Part shown: piece by piece, positions 18,801 to 27,339 of the stretch
Position numbering within the stretch: the first letter of the stretch is position 1
Layout: each line of letters starts with the position of its first letter
NCBI GenBank assembly: GCA_045559735.1
Contig: JBJLJN010000009.1
Location: forward strand, 10,574 to 74,573
Reading direction: 5' to 3'
Length of the DNA: 64,000 nt
DNA from: Candidatus Thalassarchaeum sp.
Lineage (GTDB): Archaea > Thermoplasmatota > Poseidoniia > Poseidoniales > Thalassarchaeaceae
The notes under the pieces: model-generated
Seen by the model: the letters and a program-made list of their open reading frames with translations, nothing else
Database searches by the model: none
What the model was told of the DNA's origin: nothing
Program-made: the position numbers and the translations under genes

Positions 18801-21800
18801 GGATTCGCTGGTGGAACATGGACTGGCAGCTCATTCGAGGTCCATGGGAAGGACTTCACTTCTTGGGTAGAAGTCCACATGGAGACTAATCAGAATCAGG
18901 GAGGCCTGGATATGGGGTGGGTTCCGTTTGAAGCCTGCCCACCCTCCTCACCCGTAGAGATCGTTCAGCAGGATTGGGGCCCCTTGTGGATAGAGAGGAA
19001 CCTATCGTCAGGAGATATTTGGATGAATGGTACACTGCGTTTCGTGGATAACGCCACTCTCGCCGAGAATATCTCCATTGACTTGTACCTAGTACTACCC
19101 AACCAAACCGGTAATGTCCCGGGTGGTGCAGTTGTATCCGAACATCTCGTCGCCTCTGGGACCACTGATGCCAACGGGACCTTCGCGTTGAACGGCACTC
19201 CTGCCGAAGTAATTGATCCAGGCTATGGCTCTCTAGTCCTATATCTGCATGAAAGGGCCTACGTTTCATCTCAGGGAATCTCGCAGTCTTGGACAGTGAA
19301 TATCTCTGATGACGTGACAATTAGCATCAGGGAGCCCACTCCTGCCGCCGAACCTATGCTGGGAGCCGGTGTTGAGACACTGATGACAGGAGACGTCTCT
19401 TGGGCCAGTGCACCATTCACCGACCCGTCTCAATTGGATGATTTGCAGGTAGTTCTGAATTACACCACTTCTGTAGATGGCCCTGTTAGCCTAATCTCCA
19501 GTCTTGGGGCTGGAGGGTACTTCGAATTCCTAATCCCAATCAACGAGTCTGAACCTCTCGGACTAATTAACGCTTCAATAGACTTCTATGGATGGCACCA
19601 AGATGACCTCAATAATGCCTCGACCCCCACTTATCATGTAAGGCCGAATACTCTCGACTTCAAGCTCAATATCACCCCTGCTCCGAATCTAACCATAACT
19701 ATCGAGAGCCTAGGATTGAACAATAGCATCCTAGAGATTGATTCCAGTATATATCTGAATGGCTCAGTATTGAGCAGAGGGCCAAGTTTGGACCCACTCA
19801 ACGGAACTCTCTACCTGAATATGAGGAGGGCCAATACCAATGGACCTTACATTACTCTGACCTCATGGTACCTAAATGACAGCAACTGGACCTCATCCCC
19901 TGGTGAGTTCTCATTGATTTGGCAGTTTTCGACTCAGAGCGTACCTCTACCCGCAGGAGAGGTCCAAATCAAGGTGGATTTCGACTCCGATGGTTTGTAT
20001 GCTAATGATCAAGCCACCTTCACAGACCAATATGGGATCAGGAGTTTTGTCAATTTCAACTACCTCATCGAACCTGTTCCCCGCGGTACTCCGGTTGTCA
20101 TCGAGGTACTTCTCACTGACCATACAAATTCTTCTCTCGCCAATTTCCCTGGTGACTACAATCTGCAACTCAACGGTTCTGTCGTGTGGAATGCTACGGA
20201 TCCCAGTGATGTGCCAAGACTCGGGGTCCAATTCACACCACCACAAGATATGTTCGCAGGCGATTACACATGGGAGCTGAACTACAATGGCTCAATATGG
20301 CTCCGCCCAGCCTCTGCTACCGATATAATCAGGATTCAAGGTCAAGCAAACGCCACAGTGCAGTTGGGACTGGATTGGACTCCTCGTGGTACATCGAATT
20401 GGGTTTCAGGTTTCGCCAATGACATCTTCCATGACATTCCTATTACTGGTAATAACTCTACTGTCGAGGTACGACTGCTAGTACCGTCCGATTTACCCGA
20501 CACACCCGATGGTTCACCTGCACCTCCCGATGTTAAGAGGTTGGCTTCAGGTTGGATTAACGAGACCACAGGCGGATACAATCTGAGTTTTGAAATGCCG
20601 CCCGGAGTGGGCTCTGGCGTCTACGAGCTAGAAGTCATACTGGATTTCAACTCCAATCCACCTTTCGGAGGAGTGTACTACAAGCTCGATGACGGGGCGG
20701 TCTACAATGCTGGAATACAGACTGAGTTTGTAGTAGATTCCTCACCAGAAAACATCATCGTTGTGGCTGGATCCACCATGCCAATCAATGCTAGTATCTC
20801 TGATATAGAGGGAGGATCCGCATTACAGGGCGTATTCGCTGATGTCTACTTCGATTGGGGAGGCCTATCCCAGCAACTACTGGAAAATCAAACTACAGGA
20901 GCAGATGGCAAAGCAGAGTTCTCTCCAACAATCCCAGCTGACACAGCACCGGGTTACTACACAGTTCGCATCCACGCTCCTGACGACTTATCCGACCCGT
21001 TGAGTCTCAAGGGAGCCGGCAGATGGATCGGCAACGATAGCTTTGTCAATCTGACCGTCCAAGTAGCCAGTTTAGTACAGATAGTCAGCATACCTACGGA
21101 AGTCACCGCAGGCCAAGTATTCTCGATGAGTGGAACTGTTCTAGATGCAGTCGACGGAAACCGCTCAGTAGATGGACCCATGGCGCTTGAGGTCTTCTTC
21201 CTTGCAGATTCAAGCGAGATTCTGGTCAACAGTGTCACTACAGCAAACGATGGCAGTTTCAACATCTCCGTTCCCACTGACCCTCTAGGGGATGGAGTAA
21301 CCAGCGGCACGAAAACGGTCGTAGTCAGCGTTATCAACGGAAGCTCTCCATTCTACTTAACAGGGACTGGTAACGCCTCCATCCTTGTTCGAGGCGTCAC
21401 ACAGTTCGTCGAAAAGACTCCAATCATCAACACCGTGGTAGACAGAGGATCCCCAGTCATCTTCGGGGCCAGATTGGTGGAATCCAGCGACAACGACAGA
21501 CAGTTAGGAGGATCAGTAATCGCTGCCAAGTTCCATGACACTTGGTTGCCCGAGGTTCAGACCAATGGCGCTGGAGTTGCCAACTTCAGCTTCGAAATCC
21601 CCCACTCTCACCCCCTTGGGTTGATTGCAATCATACTGTTCTTCAATGGCTCATCCACTTTGCACTCTTCTGGGACTGTGATTACCACGATTACAGTAAG
21701 ATCTCCAACTAATCTCACAATCGATCCAATACAAGCAAACCCTACTGCGGGCGGTACATTCACCATAAGTGGTACACTAACATCGAGCAATGGGTCGGGC

Positions 21801-24782
21801 ATCATGGATCGTAATGGAAATGCTCTCTCCACATCATTGACCTTCTCCATCGACGGAGAAAGCTCGACGTTCACGGTCACTGGGGGGACAGTCGCGCCGA
21901 ATGGGACGTGGGCTGCAGATATCAGACTCGACCTCACTTTCCCACGTGGGACACACATTTTGATGGCTACATTCACTCCCAGTGTGAACTACTACGGCCC
22001 CGGATCTGGTGAAGCAGCCTTCGACAGTAGAGGGTACTCACTACTCAGTATACTCGACCCATTGGACCTTGATCCGGACCGCAGAACAGTTCGTGGAGAT
22101 TCCATTAATGTCAGTATATTGCTCATTGACAACGCTGGCCAACCAGTCGTCGCCGAGTCAGTCGAAATTTTCGTCGAAGGAAATTTGGAATCAACGGGAC
22201 TAACTGGACCCAACGGGACGATGACAACGACAATCACAGTCGATGAGTTCCGAACGCCCGGTCCGTTGACTATCTCGGCCGACTTCGCAGGAATCAACGG
22301 GACGACGGGACTACTGGGTGACGAGACTTCGACTCGTGTAATCATCCTCGCCCCAACTGAGTTGAGAATAGATTCCATCACCGGCTCCGCTATCGCAGGA
22401 GAGAGCGTTACTTTCAGCGGTACTCTGCTGGACGAGCACGGGCAGATACTGATGCATGGAGGCAGCCCACAGGGAGGCATAATTCATCTTGCGATCGACG
22501 GAGTAAGCGTTGGGCCAGTCTACTCGACTCAGTCGAATGGAACTACCGGAGCGTGGTCAATCACTTACGATCTACCACTGGATTCAGACTATGGAGGTCA
22601 CTCAATGTCCGTCAGTTTCCTGGGTGGTTTCACTTGGGTCGACCCAATGGGACAAGGTGACTCACTCAACCCCGAGTACTACCTGCCTTCATTTTTTACA
22701 GGAGAGTTCAATGTGACCCAGACCTCACAGGTCGTACTTACGACGCCCCCCGGGGAGATTGATAGGAATGAGTTGTTGTTGATTGAAGGCATGCTAACGG
22801 ATGGCTCTGGACGTATACTGCCTGATAGGGAGCTCGAGGTATCGATGAACGGCCAGTATCTTACTGCTCTGTCTGTGGATGAGAATGGTACCTTCAGCCT
22901 GTATATCCCAGTGCCACCCGATATGGAACTCGGGCCGCGGGTTGTTCTGATTTCCTATCAGGGAGAGGAATTCATAATCGGCTCCAATTCCTCTACAATA
23001 TTTACCGTATTTGGCCCGGTTTCGATATCCATTGACGAGCCCTCTGCAGTTGCAGTGGGAGACCCATTGATGCTGAGCGGAACCGTGAAGGATAATCTCC
23101 CAGACGGCTGGTTGGCCAACCATTCGTTGCAAGTCTTCGTTGATGGAATCCTGATAGGAATCACCAGCTCCGATGAGAATGGCCAATGGTCCTATCTTTG
23201 GACTGTCTCAGATTTCCTTGAAGTAGGAAACCACACACTGATAATCAGGGCTCCAGAGCAGGGCTATCACAGACTGGGAACATCCGAAACGACTCTCGTT
23301 ATTGCTTACCACTCAGGCATGACCCTACAGGTCGATAACGCGATAATGACACGAGGCGGGTCTTGGGACTTCACTGGAAGGCTGTTCGACGACGATTCAA
23401 CCGGGAATCCCGGACTCGAGGGGAGGGATATCTCGATAACCCTCGACGGCGAAATCGTAGGGACCATCACCACTTCGATCGATGGAACATTTAGCTATAT
23501 TCACGATTTGGGATATGAGGTAGCAAGAGGTCCGCATACAGTGGAGTTCTCATTCTCGGGCGAGACATTCTACTTACCTACGCAGTACAATCTAACCGTC
23601 TACTCTAGGGCTGACATAGAGGTCGAAATTTTCTCTAACAATCTGTACATCATCAGGGGTGACCCAACCGCTCCGATCAAGATACAGGGCAGGATACTGG
23701 AGATCGGAGGCGACTCTAATGTAATGAGCAATATGTCGGTATCGCTGAAGTGGGGGGACAGTCTGCTTCCTCTCTCGGACAATCCTTGGTCAGACGATGG
23801 CACCGAGCACTTCGGTCTAATCACCAATGCAATCCAAGTCATGCCACGAGGACCGTTGACCCTGACAATTACCGTGGAGCCGGACGGTTCAAGGTACCTG
23901 AATGGAAAATCTATGGATGTGGAAGTAGAAATCCTGATTTCAGTTGTTTACAGATTCACCCCGGAATCCCAACACATCTCGGAAGGTCAGCGTATCATCT
24001 CCGGAGCTGTGAACGTGACTGCTTTTGACACCGGCCAACCAGTTGAAAACTTCCCTATGTCGGCATATCTGGTCAACGGCACCTGCGAAGATAGGGGCTC
24101 ATCAGCTCACTTCTCGGTTGTCGGACCTACAAATCAGGACGGCCTGTTCACCTATGAGTTCGAATCTTTCACAGGATTGCCATCATTCCACAATCAGAGT
24201 TTCTGGGGCCCATTGAGAGTATGTTTCTCCACCGATTCTGAGTATGTCGACCCTATCAACAAGACTTGGCTGGCTAATTTCCATGGAGGATTGGAAGTCA
24301 CATACGAGAAGCAGTCATCTCAGGCATTTGGATTCACTACTATGCTCGGTCTCGCACTAATCGCCATCCTGCTAGTTGCCGGTGCCGCCATGCTAATCCG
24401 CCGTCGTAGGAAGGCCACAATCGACCAGCTAGCAGGAGTATTCAGCTACACAGCCGAATTGCTTGCAGCAGGGGATGAAGTCCGGGAAGCCATCTTCAAT
24501 TGCTATGAGAGTCTGTGCCAAATCCTGATGAGCAGAGGCTTCCTTAGGAGAGACTTTGAGACCGTACGAGAGTTTGAGATTGCTATCAGGAACGCCTTAC
24601 CAATTAGCGAACAGGCACTCGTCGCACTGGACAGAATATTCGAGGAAGCGAGATATTCAAGCCACATTTTGGGAGAACCTCATCGCCAGAGCGCCCAGAT
24701 GGCACTATCGACTGTTCTTCAGGAGATAGACGAGTTACAGGAGATTCCCGAAAGAGACTCTTACATCGCCGATGGAGACTAG
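15819..24782 (+). CDS. 2987-aa surface protein: TSP3-type Ca-binding repeats + transglutaminase-like core + long Ig-like repeat array + TM + DUF4129-like cytoplasmic tail
   Basis: - The start is GTG, preceded by a GGGTGA ribosome-binding motif, with an N-terminal anchor (AILFTAILVLSS).
- About twenty D-x-D-x-DG-x-x-D-x-x-E repeats occur (DSDGDGLTYGLE, DTDGDGIPDTIE and others).
- The transglutaminase core is EGSCDEFTSVFSAMLRVAGLPTRKVTGF (Cys codon 18732-18734) and FTSWVEVH (His codon 18876-18878).
- Repeated modules of the type G(T/M)L.D..G are present.
- The C-terminal TM is LGLALIAILLVAGAAMLIRRRRK, followed by ...LDRIFEEARYS. Confidence 0.85.
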   Translation: MIAVQDDSTSCSLSRKRRSAILFTAILVLSSHAAFQFGEWEAMASTDSDGDGLTYGLEFYINTQPQDWDSDNDGLPDGWEWQYGLDPLSSSGDNGSTGDPDGDAFTNLNEYQYSIPSGWDLSSTPTVLDNGVWWNGTVPVRQWDEESAMQIIQGSGSDGVDEDPMGNICNDQMDNDKDGLVDTFDNDFDGDADCSSDDDDGDGLIDEDPDGWDTDGDGMPDAWEVANNLDPTSNSNMDGANGDPDGDGLGNLWEYVNPTWGTRNGSTNPPSQYFRPGPFNMTGTESPCNPVLGLGPGGCQIFTAEVDGITQTDPNNNDTDGDGLNDSYEAFVLLTDPTSVDTDGDGIEDGVEVNGLYGNPPQATDPRDNNTDGDQFDDGEEDVNGNGVVDSGETDPTRIEDSGDFDNDGIDNWEENMTCTLWNVSDTDGGGVNDGDELDFGHLTDPCLSTVEIELSIINWDATISELTLNSTLQLDQTPEDWRQNGAPMAYYLSSNGNLTGFRYDAVVLDTLRNVDVDRPADAFSVIFVNFSWCWDASQNASNDPKCDDDYADTDGDGLADWEEFLNTWGYISHPNFYDTDDDGVDDLTEVLDGTDPSNPCHNLLDSDGDGLNDYFENTTGCSLIFGVGGNGTIDTYYTLWNVTDTDNGGVADGQEYLDGTNPQNNSADDRNPVDTDGDGIPDTIEQQIGTDWRDPDTDGGGIPDGQECASEYWDIGCLNSDGDPWDPSDDIMDNELYFTVTNLSSNLDYDIRNYWRWHTYDFYTGVSWGVNNTLVGNTQIAFEWSTTQGVSDSSFWGVNGSELNLWQIDYESGVLGPGVELIAPYNSVNYSSWQDSNAGMNFSNYTRDIIIDQSYIDTLFVTSPSVILGPQITGNSTPFSGSSYAYDIHQHLSDPSKSSVYQITMEVINESGAFTAWDKVLAIQDFIINGNSTTNFTLNHDGSGRNDNHIPGSQERDLAHWILNTTKEGSCDEFTSVFSAMLRVAGLPTRKVTGFAGGTWTGSSFEVHGKDFTSWVEVHMETNQNQGGLDMGWVPFEACPPSSPVEIVQQDWGPLWIERNLSSGDIWMNGTLRFVDNATLAENISIDLYLVLPNQTGNVPGGAVVSEHLVASGTTDANGTFALNGTPAEVIDPGYGSLVLYLHERAYVSSQGISQSWTVNISDDVTISIREPTPAAEPMLGAGVETLMTGDVSWASAPFTDPSQLDDLQVVLNYTTSVDGPVSLISSLGAGGYFEFLIPINESEPLGLINASIDFYGWHQDDLNNASTPTYHVRPNTLDFKLNITPAPNLTITIESLGLNNSILEIDSSIYLNGSVLSRGPSLDPLNGTLYLNMRRANTNGPYITLTSWYLNDSNWTSSPGEFSLIWQFSTQSVPLPAGEVQIKVDFDSDGLYANDQATFTDQYGIRSFVNFNYLIEPVPRGTPVVIEVLLTDHTNSSLANFPGDYNLQLNGSVVWNATDPSDVPRLGVQFTPPQDMFAGDYTWELNYNGSIWLRPASATDIIRIQGQANATVQLGLDWTPRGTSNWVSGFANDIFHDIPITGNNSTVEVRLLVPSDLPDTPDGSPAPPDVKRLASGWINETTGGYNLSFEMPPGVGSGVYELEVILDFNSNPPFGGVYYKLDDGAVYNAGIQTEFVVDSSPENIIVVAGSTMPINASISDIEGGSALQGVFADVYFDWGGLSQQLLENQTTGADGKAEFSPTIPADTAPGYYTVRIHAPDDLSDPLSLKGAGRWIGNDSFVNLTVQVASLVQIVSIPTEVTAGQVFSMSGTVLDAVDGNRSVDGPMALEVFFLADSSEILVNSVTTANDGSFNISVPTDPLGDGVTSGTKTVVVSVINGSSPFYLTGTGNASILVRGVTQFVEKTPIINTVVDRGSPVIFGARLVESSDNDRQLGGSVIAAKFHDTWLPEVQTNGAGVANFSFEIPHSHPLGLIAIILFFNGSSTLHSSGTVITTITVRSPTNLTIDPIQANPTAGGTFTISGTLTSSNGSGIMDRNGNALSTSLTFSIDGESSTFTVTGGTVAPNGTWAADIRLDLTFPRGTHILMATFTPSVNYYGPGSGEAAFDSRGYSLLSILDPLDLDPDRRTVRGDSINVSILLIDNAGQPVVAESVEIFVEGNLESTGLTGPNGTMTTTITVDEFRTPGPLTISADFAGINGTTGLLGDETSTRVIILAPTELRIDSITGSAIAGESVTFSGTLLDEHGQILMHGGSPQGGIIHLAIDGVSVGPVYSTQSNGTTGAWSITYDLPLDSDYGGHSMSVSFLGGFTWVDPMGQGDSLNPEYYLPSFFTGEFNVTQTSQVVLTTPPGEIDRNELLLIEGMLTDGSGRILPDRELEVSMNGQYLTALSVDENGTFSLYIPVPPDMELGPRVVLISYQGEEFIIGSNSSTIFTVFGPVSISIDEPSAVAVGDPLMLSGTVKDNLPDGWLANHSLQVFVDGILIGITSSDENGQWSYLWTVSDFLEVGNHTLIIRAPEQGYHRLGTSETTLVIAYHSGMTLQVDNAIMTRGGSWDFTGRLFDDDSTGNPGLEGRDISITLDGEIVGTITTSIDGTFSYIHDLGYEVARGPHTVEFSFSGETFYLPTQYNLTVYSRADIEVEIFSNNLYIIRGDPTAPIKIQGRILEIGGDSNVMSNMSVSLKWGDSLLPLSDNPWSDDGTEHFGLITNAIQVMPRGPLTLTITVEPDGSRYLNGKSMDVEVEILISVVYRFTPESQHISEGQRIISGAVNVTAFDTGQPVENFPMSAYLVNGTCEDRGSSAHFSVVGPTNQDGLFTYEFESFTGLPSFHNQSFWGPLRVCFSTDSEYVDPINKTWLANFHGGLEVTYEKQSSQAFGFTTMLGLALIAILLVAGAAMLIRRRRKATIDQLAGVFSYTAELLAAGDEVREAIFNCYESLCQILMSRGFLRRDFETVREFEIAIRNALPISEQALVALDRIFEEARYSSHILGEPHRQSAQMALSTVLQEIDELQEIPERDSYIADGD

Positions 24783-25291
24783 TTGAGTTCAAGCACCAAC
24801 TTGCCATTCGACCATCTAGCGCCCACAATCGAGTCACCGTCGGCCAACGAGAAGTGCCTGACAATACCTCCAAATCTCTCGGGCACCATTAGTCTCACCA
24901 AAGCTCCACCGTCCCGAGTCATCGACTCAACCACCAAATCCTCGGGCAGAGCCGTGGGTAGAGGGAGGGTAATCTCCCGGTCGCCCATGGATCCTCCAAG
25001 TTCGGACAATATCTTTCCAACAGGCTGAATTTCTCTTGACATGGTCTTCGAAACCTCTACTGAGTTAGAGAGATCTGAAATGACTGATTGATGCTCCTGT
25101 CTGACTTCATCTAGATGAGGAATCGAGCCCATGAATTCGCCATGTATCTGCTCAGCAGTAGCATCCAGTCCAGATTCACCAATTCCCAGACGTGCATCCG
25201 TCTCTGCGCTCGAACCGGGCATCTCAACTCGTATCCTCGACCACGACATCGTCACACCGAAGCAAGAGACTCGGATGAACCCATTGCTCAT
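24779..25291 (-). CDS. Small alpha-crystallin-domain (Hsp20-like) protein, divergent
   Basis: The C-terminal ERFGGIVRHFSLADGDSIVGARWSNGKLVLEL matches the ACD consensus ER.yG.f.R...L....d...i.A...nGvL.i.l. ATG 25289-25291 overlaps the helicase TAA by 1 nt. The N-terminal half is unassigned. Confidence 0.55.
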   Translation of the reverse strand: MSNGFIRVSCFGVTMSWSRIRVEMPGSSAETDARLGIGESGLDATAEQIHGEFMGSIPHLDEVRQEHQSVISDLSNSVEVSKTMSREIQPVGKILSELGGSMGDREITLPLPTALPEDLVVESMTRDGGALVRLMVPERFGGIVRHFSLADGDSIVGARWSNGKLVLELN

Positions 25292-27339
25292 TATTTCTCA
25301 AAGAATCTCTGTATTTGCTTTGAAGTCCTTTTTGAGTTAGAACATGGCATAATGTGCATTGACTTGGTCGGCATGCAATCCTGATTTCTACGCTCCAGTA
25401 GACGTTTCTCTAGTAGAACAATTATTGCTTTATCTTCGGCTTTCCGAATAGGTCGACCCAACGCCTGAAGTATACTGTTCACAGCTGGTTGTAGACTAGC
25501 GTATCTCCAAGCCTTCGATCTACCGAATCGCTTTGAATAGTAATCCAGTAAAGCTTCTTGTCTAGCGCTAGGCGGAGGGTAAGGCAAACCAACACAGACT
25601 ACGGCATCAAGGATATTTTCAGAATAATCTACCCCTTCTGAGAACTTACCATTAAGGACGCCAAATAATACAGTATCAACACCCATTGCCCTTCTTTCAT
25701 ACAAGTTGTCTATCTTCCGCTCAACCAAGTTCTTCGGCATCCCTCTTTCCTCTCTCTCTTTCCTTTTACCGAAAGTATAGGATATATCCGAAAAGATCCT
25801 GTCCATCATGACATAACTCGGAGCGAAAATAGCAACATTTCCAGGTGTCTTTTCTAGAACAGAACTAATGTGTCTACTTATTGCAGGAAAACTCTCTTCT
25901 CTTTCCGTGAACTTACTAGTCACATCGCTTGCGATTATTATTGGCCTATTTTCTAGGGGAAATCCCGATTCGTACTCCACGCTATTTGACCGACTTTCTG
26001 GAATTCCTAGTATGTCGGAATACATGGAAGGGGGAAATAGAGTTCCGGACATCAATATTGAACCACAAGATTTCTCAAATATTGGTTTACCAATTAATGC
26101 CGGATCCAGTAGGTGACTGGTAATTCTCTTTTCATCTCCCAAATTATCGAAAACTAGTGCAAGAGCGGAATTATCTCTGTATTTCAAGCATATACTGAGG
26201 AATTCAGCCAGTCTAATGCAATCATTTTCTTCATCTTCTTCCAATGAATCATCTTCCTCAATCATTACACGGCTAAGTGACTCACACATCCTCTTAATGG
26301 TAGAATCGGCATCCTCGTCCTCCCTACCTGCGATACTATTGATTGTTCTAGAAATGATTCCTAGGAAATCTGAAGTTCCAACTCTGATGTCATCATTGCC
26401 CGAATTATCTAATTCGGTTTGTTTCTTTGAAAACCACCTCTTCACGCCAGGGTCATTTCTCAGTGCCTTAATCTGCCGTTCCAGAATAGTTGCTTCTTCT
26501 ATTCCGTGAATTTCAGAAACATCTAATCGCTCTGAGATTTTGTTGAGGTTGCCTTTGTACTCTTCAATGTCTGACAATGCTCTTCGAAACACATTTTCTC
26601 TAATATTTCTTTCAAGTCCCTTCCTAATTCTATCTGGCAAATTATGTGCTTCATCTACAATCAATATCGAATTTTCAATTTCAATTCCCATTGCAGGTAG
26701 GGAACTTTCTCTTATGCTATCGATGAAAATATGATTATAGTCGCAAACTAAGATATCTGCTCTTGAAGCTGCAGATCTAGCAGTCGCCCATGCACAAATC
26801 TTGCGTTGTCTACCATATTCTATACTCCATCCAACATGTCTGGGTTCCTCAAGCATCTTTTCTCGCAGATCAGATCTCCTGCCTTTGCGGGATTCTTCAA
26901 CAACATCTTCCTCACATGAGCACTTTCCTGTAGATTTGTCGATGTGCTCGCACATACTTTCTCTCCCAATGATATCTACCAATTTTACTCTAGGAAAACC
27001 ATCGGGAATTCTGGAATTTATTTTCCGAACGGTCTCCACGATTATTCTGTGTTGAGATTGCCTACCCGTCATGAAGATGATTTTCTTGTCTTCTACAAAA
27101 TCCAGGCCATTAATTGAAATCTCTAGAGCTGAAGCTAATGCTGCCGCAGTTTTACCTATGCCCGTAGGGGCAGCCGCCAGCAGAAAACCCCTCTTTCCAA
27201 GTGCAGTTTTCCCATCTTCAATCATCTCTTTTTGAGATTCTCTAACGGACTTATGGGCGAAGAACAAACTCGAAGATTCACCCCCCGCCTTACTCATGGA
27301 ACCCTGCCTGACGATAGAATGACCAAGAAGATTGGCCAT
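25291..27339 (-). CDS. XPD/Rad3/DinG-family (SF2B) Fe-S DNA helicase
   Basis: Walker A is AAPTGIGKTAA. Four Cys lie in the Fe-S insert (MCEH...GKCSC...ICAW). Also present are LVCDYNHIF, the DEAH box IVDEAHNL, GKFSEGVDY, VVCVGLPYPPP and QALGRPIRK. ATG 27337-27339 is preferred over GTG 27342. GC is clearly lower than in the flanks. Confidence 0.85.
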   Translation of the reverse strand: MANLLGHSIVRQGSMSKAGGESSSLFFAHKSVRESQKEMIEDGKTALGKRGFLLAAAPTGIGKTAAALASALEISINGLDFVEDKKIIFMTGRQSQHRIIVETVRKINSRIPDGFPRVKLVDIIGRESMCEHIDKSTGKCSCEEDVVEESRKGRRSDLREKMLEEPRHVGWSIEYGRQRKICAWATARSAASRADILVCDYNHIFIDSIRESSLPAMGIEIENSILIVDEAHNLPDRIRKGLERNIRENVFRRALSDIEEYKGNLNKISERLDVSEIHGIEEATILERQIKALRNDPGVKRWFSKKQTELDNSGNDDIRVGTSDFLGIISRTINSIAGREDEDADSTIKRMCESLSRVMIEEDDSLEEDEENDCIRLAEFLSICLKYRDNSALALVFDNLGDEKRITSHLLDPALIGKPIFEKSCGSILMSGTLFPPSMYSDILGIPESRSNSVEYESGFPLENRPIIIASDVTSKFTEREESFPAISRHISSVLEKTPGNVAIFAPSYVMMDRIFSDISYTFGKRKEREERGMPKNLVERKIDNLYERRAMGVDTVLFGVLNGKFSEGVDYSENILDAVVCVGLPYPPPSARQEALLDYYSKRFGRSKAWRYASLQPAVNSILQALGRPIRKAEDKAIIVLLEKRLLERRNQDCMPTKSMHIMPCSNSKRTSKQIQRFFEK

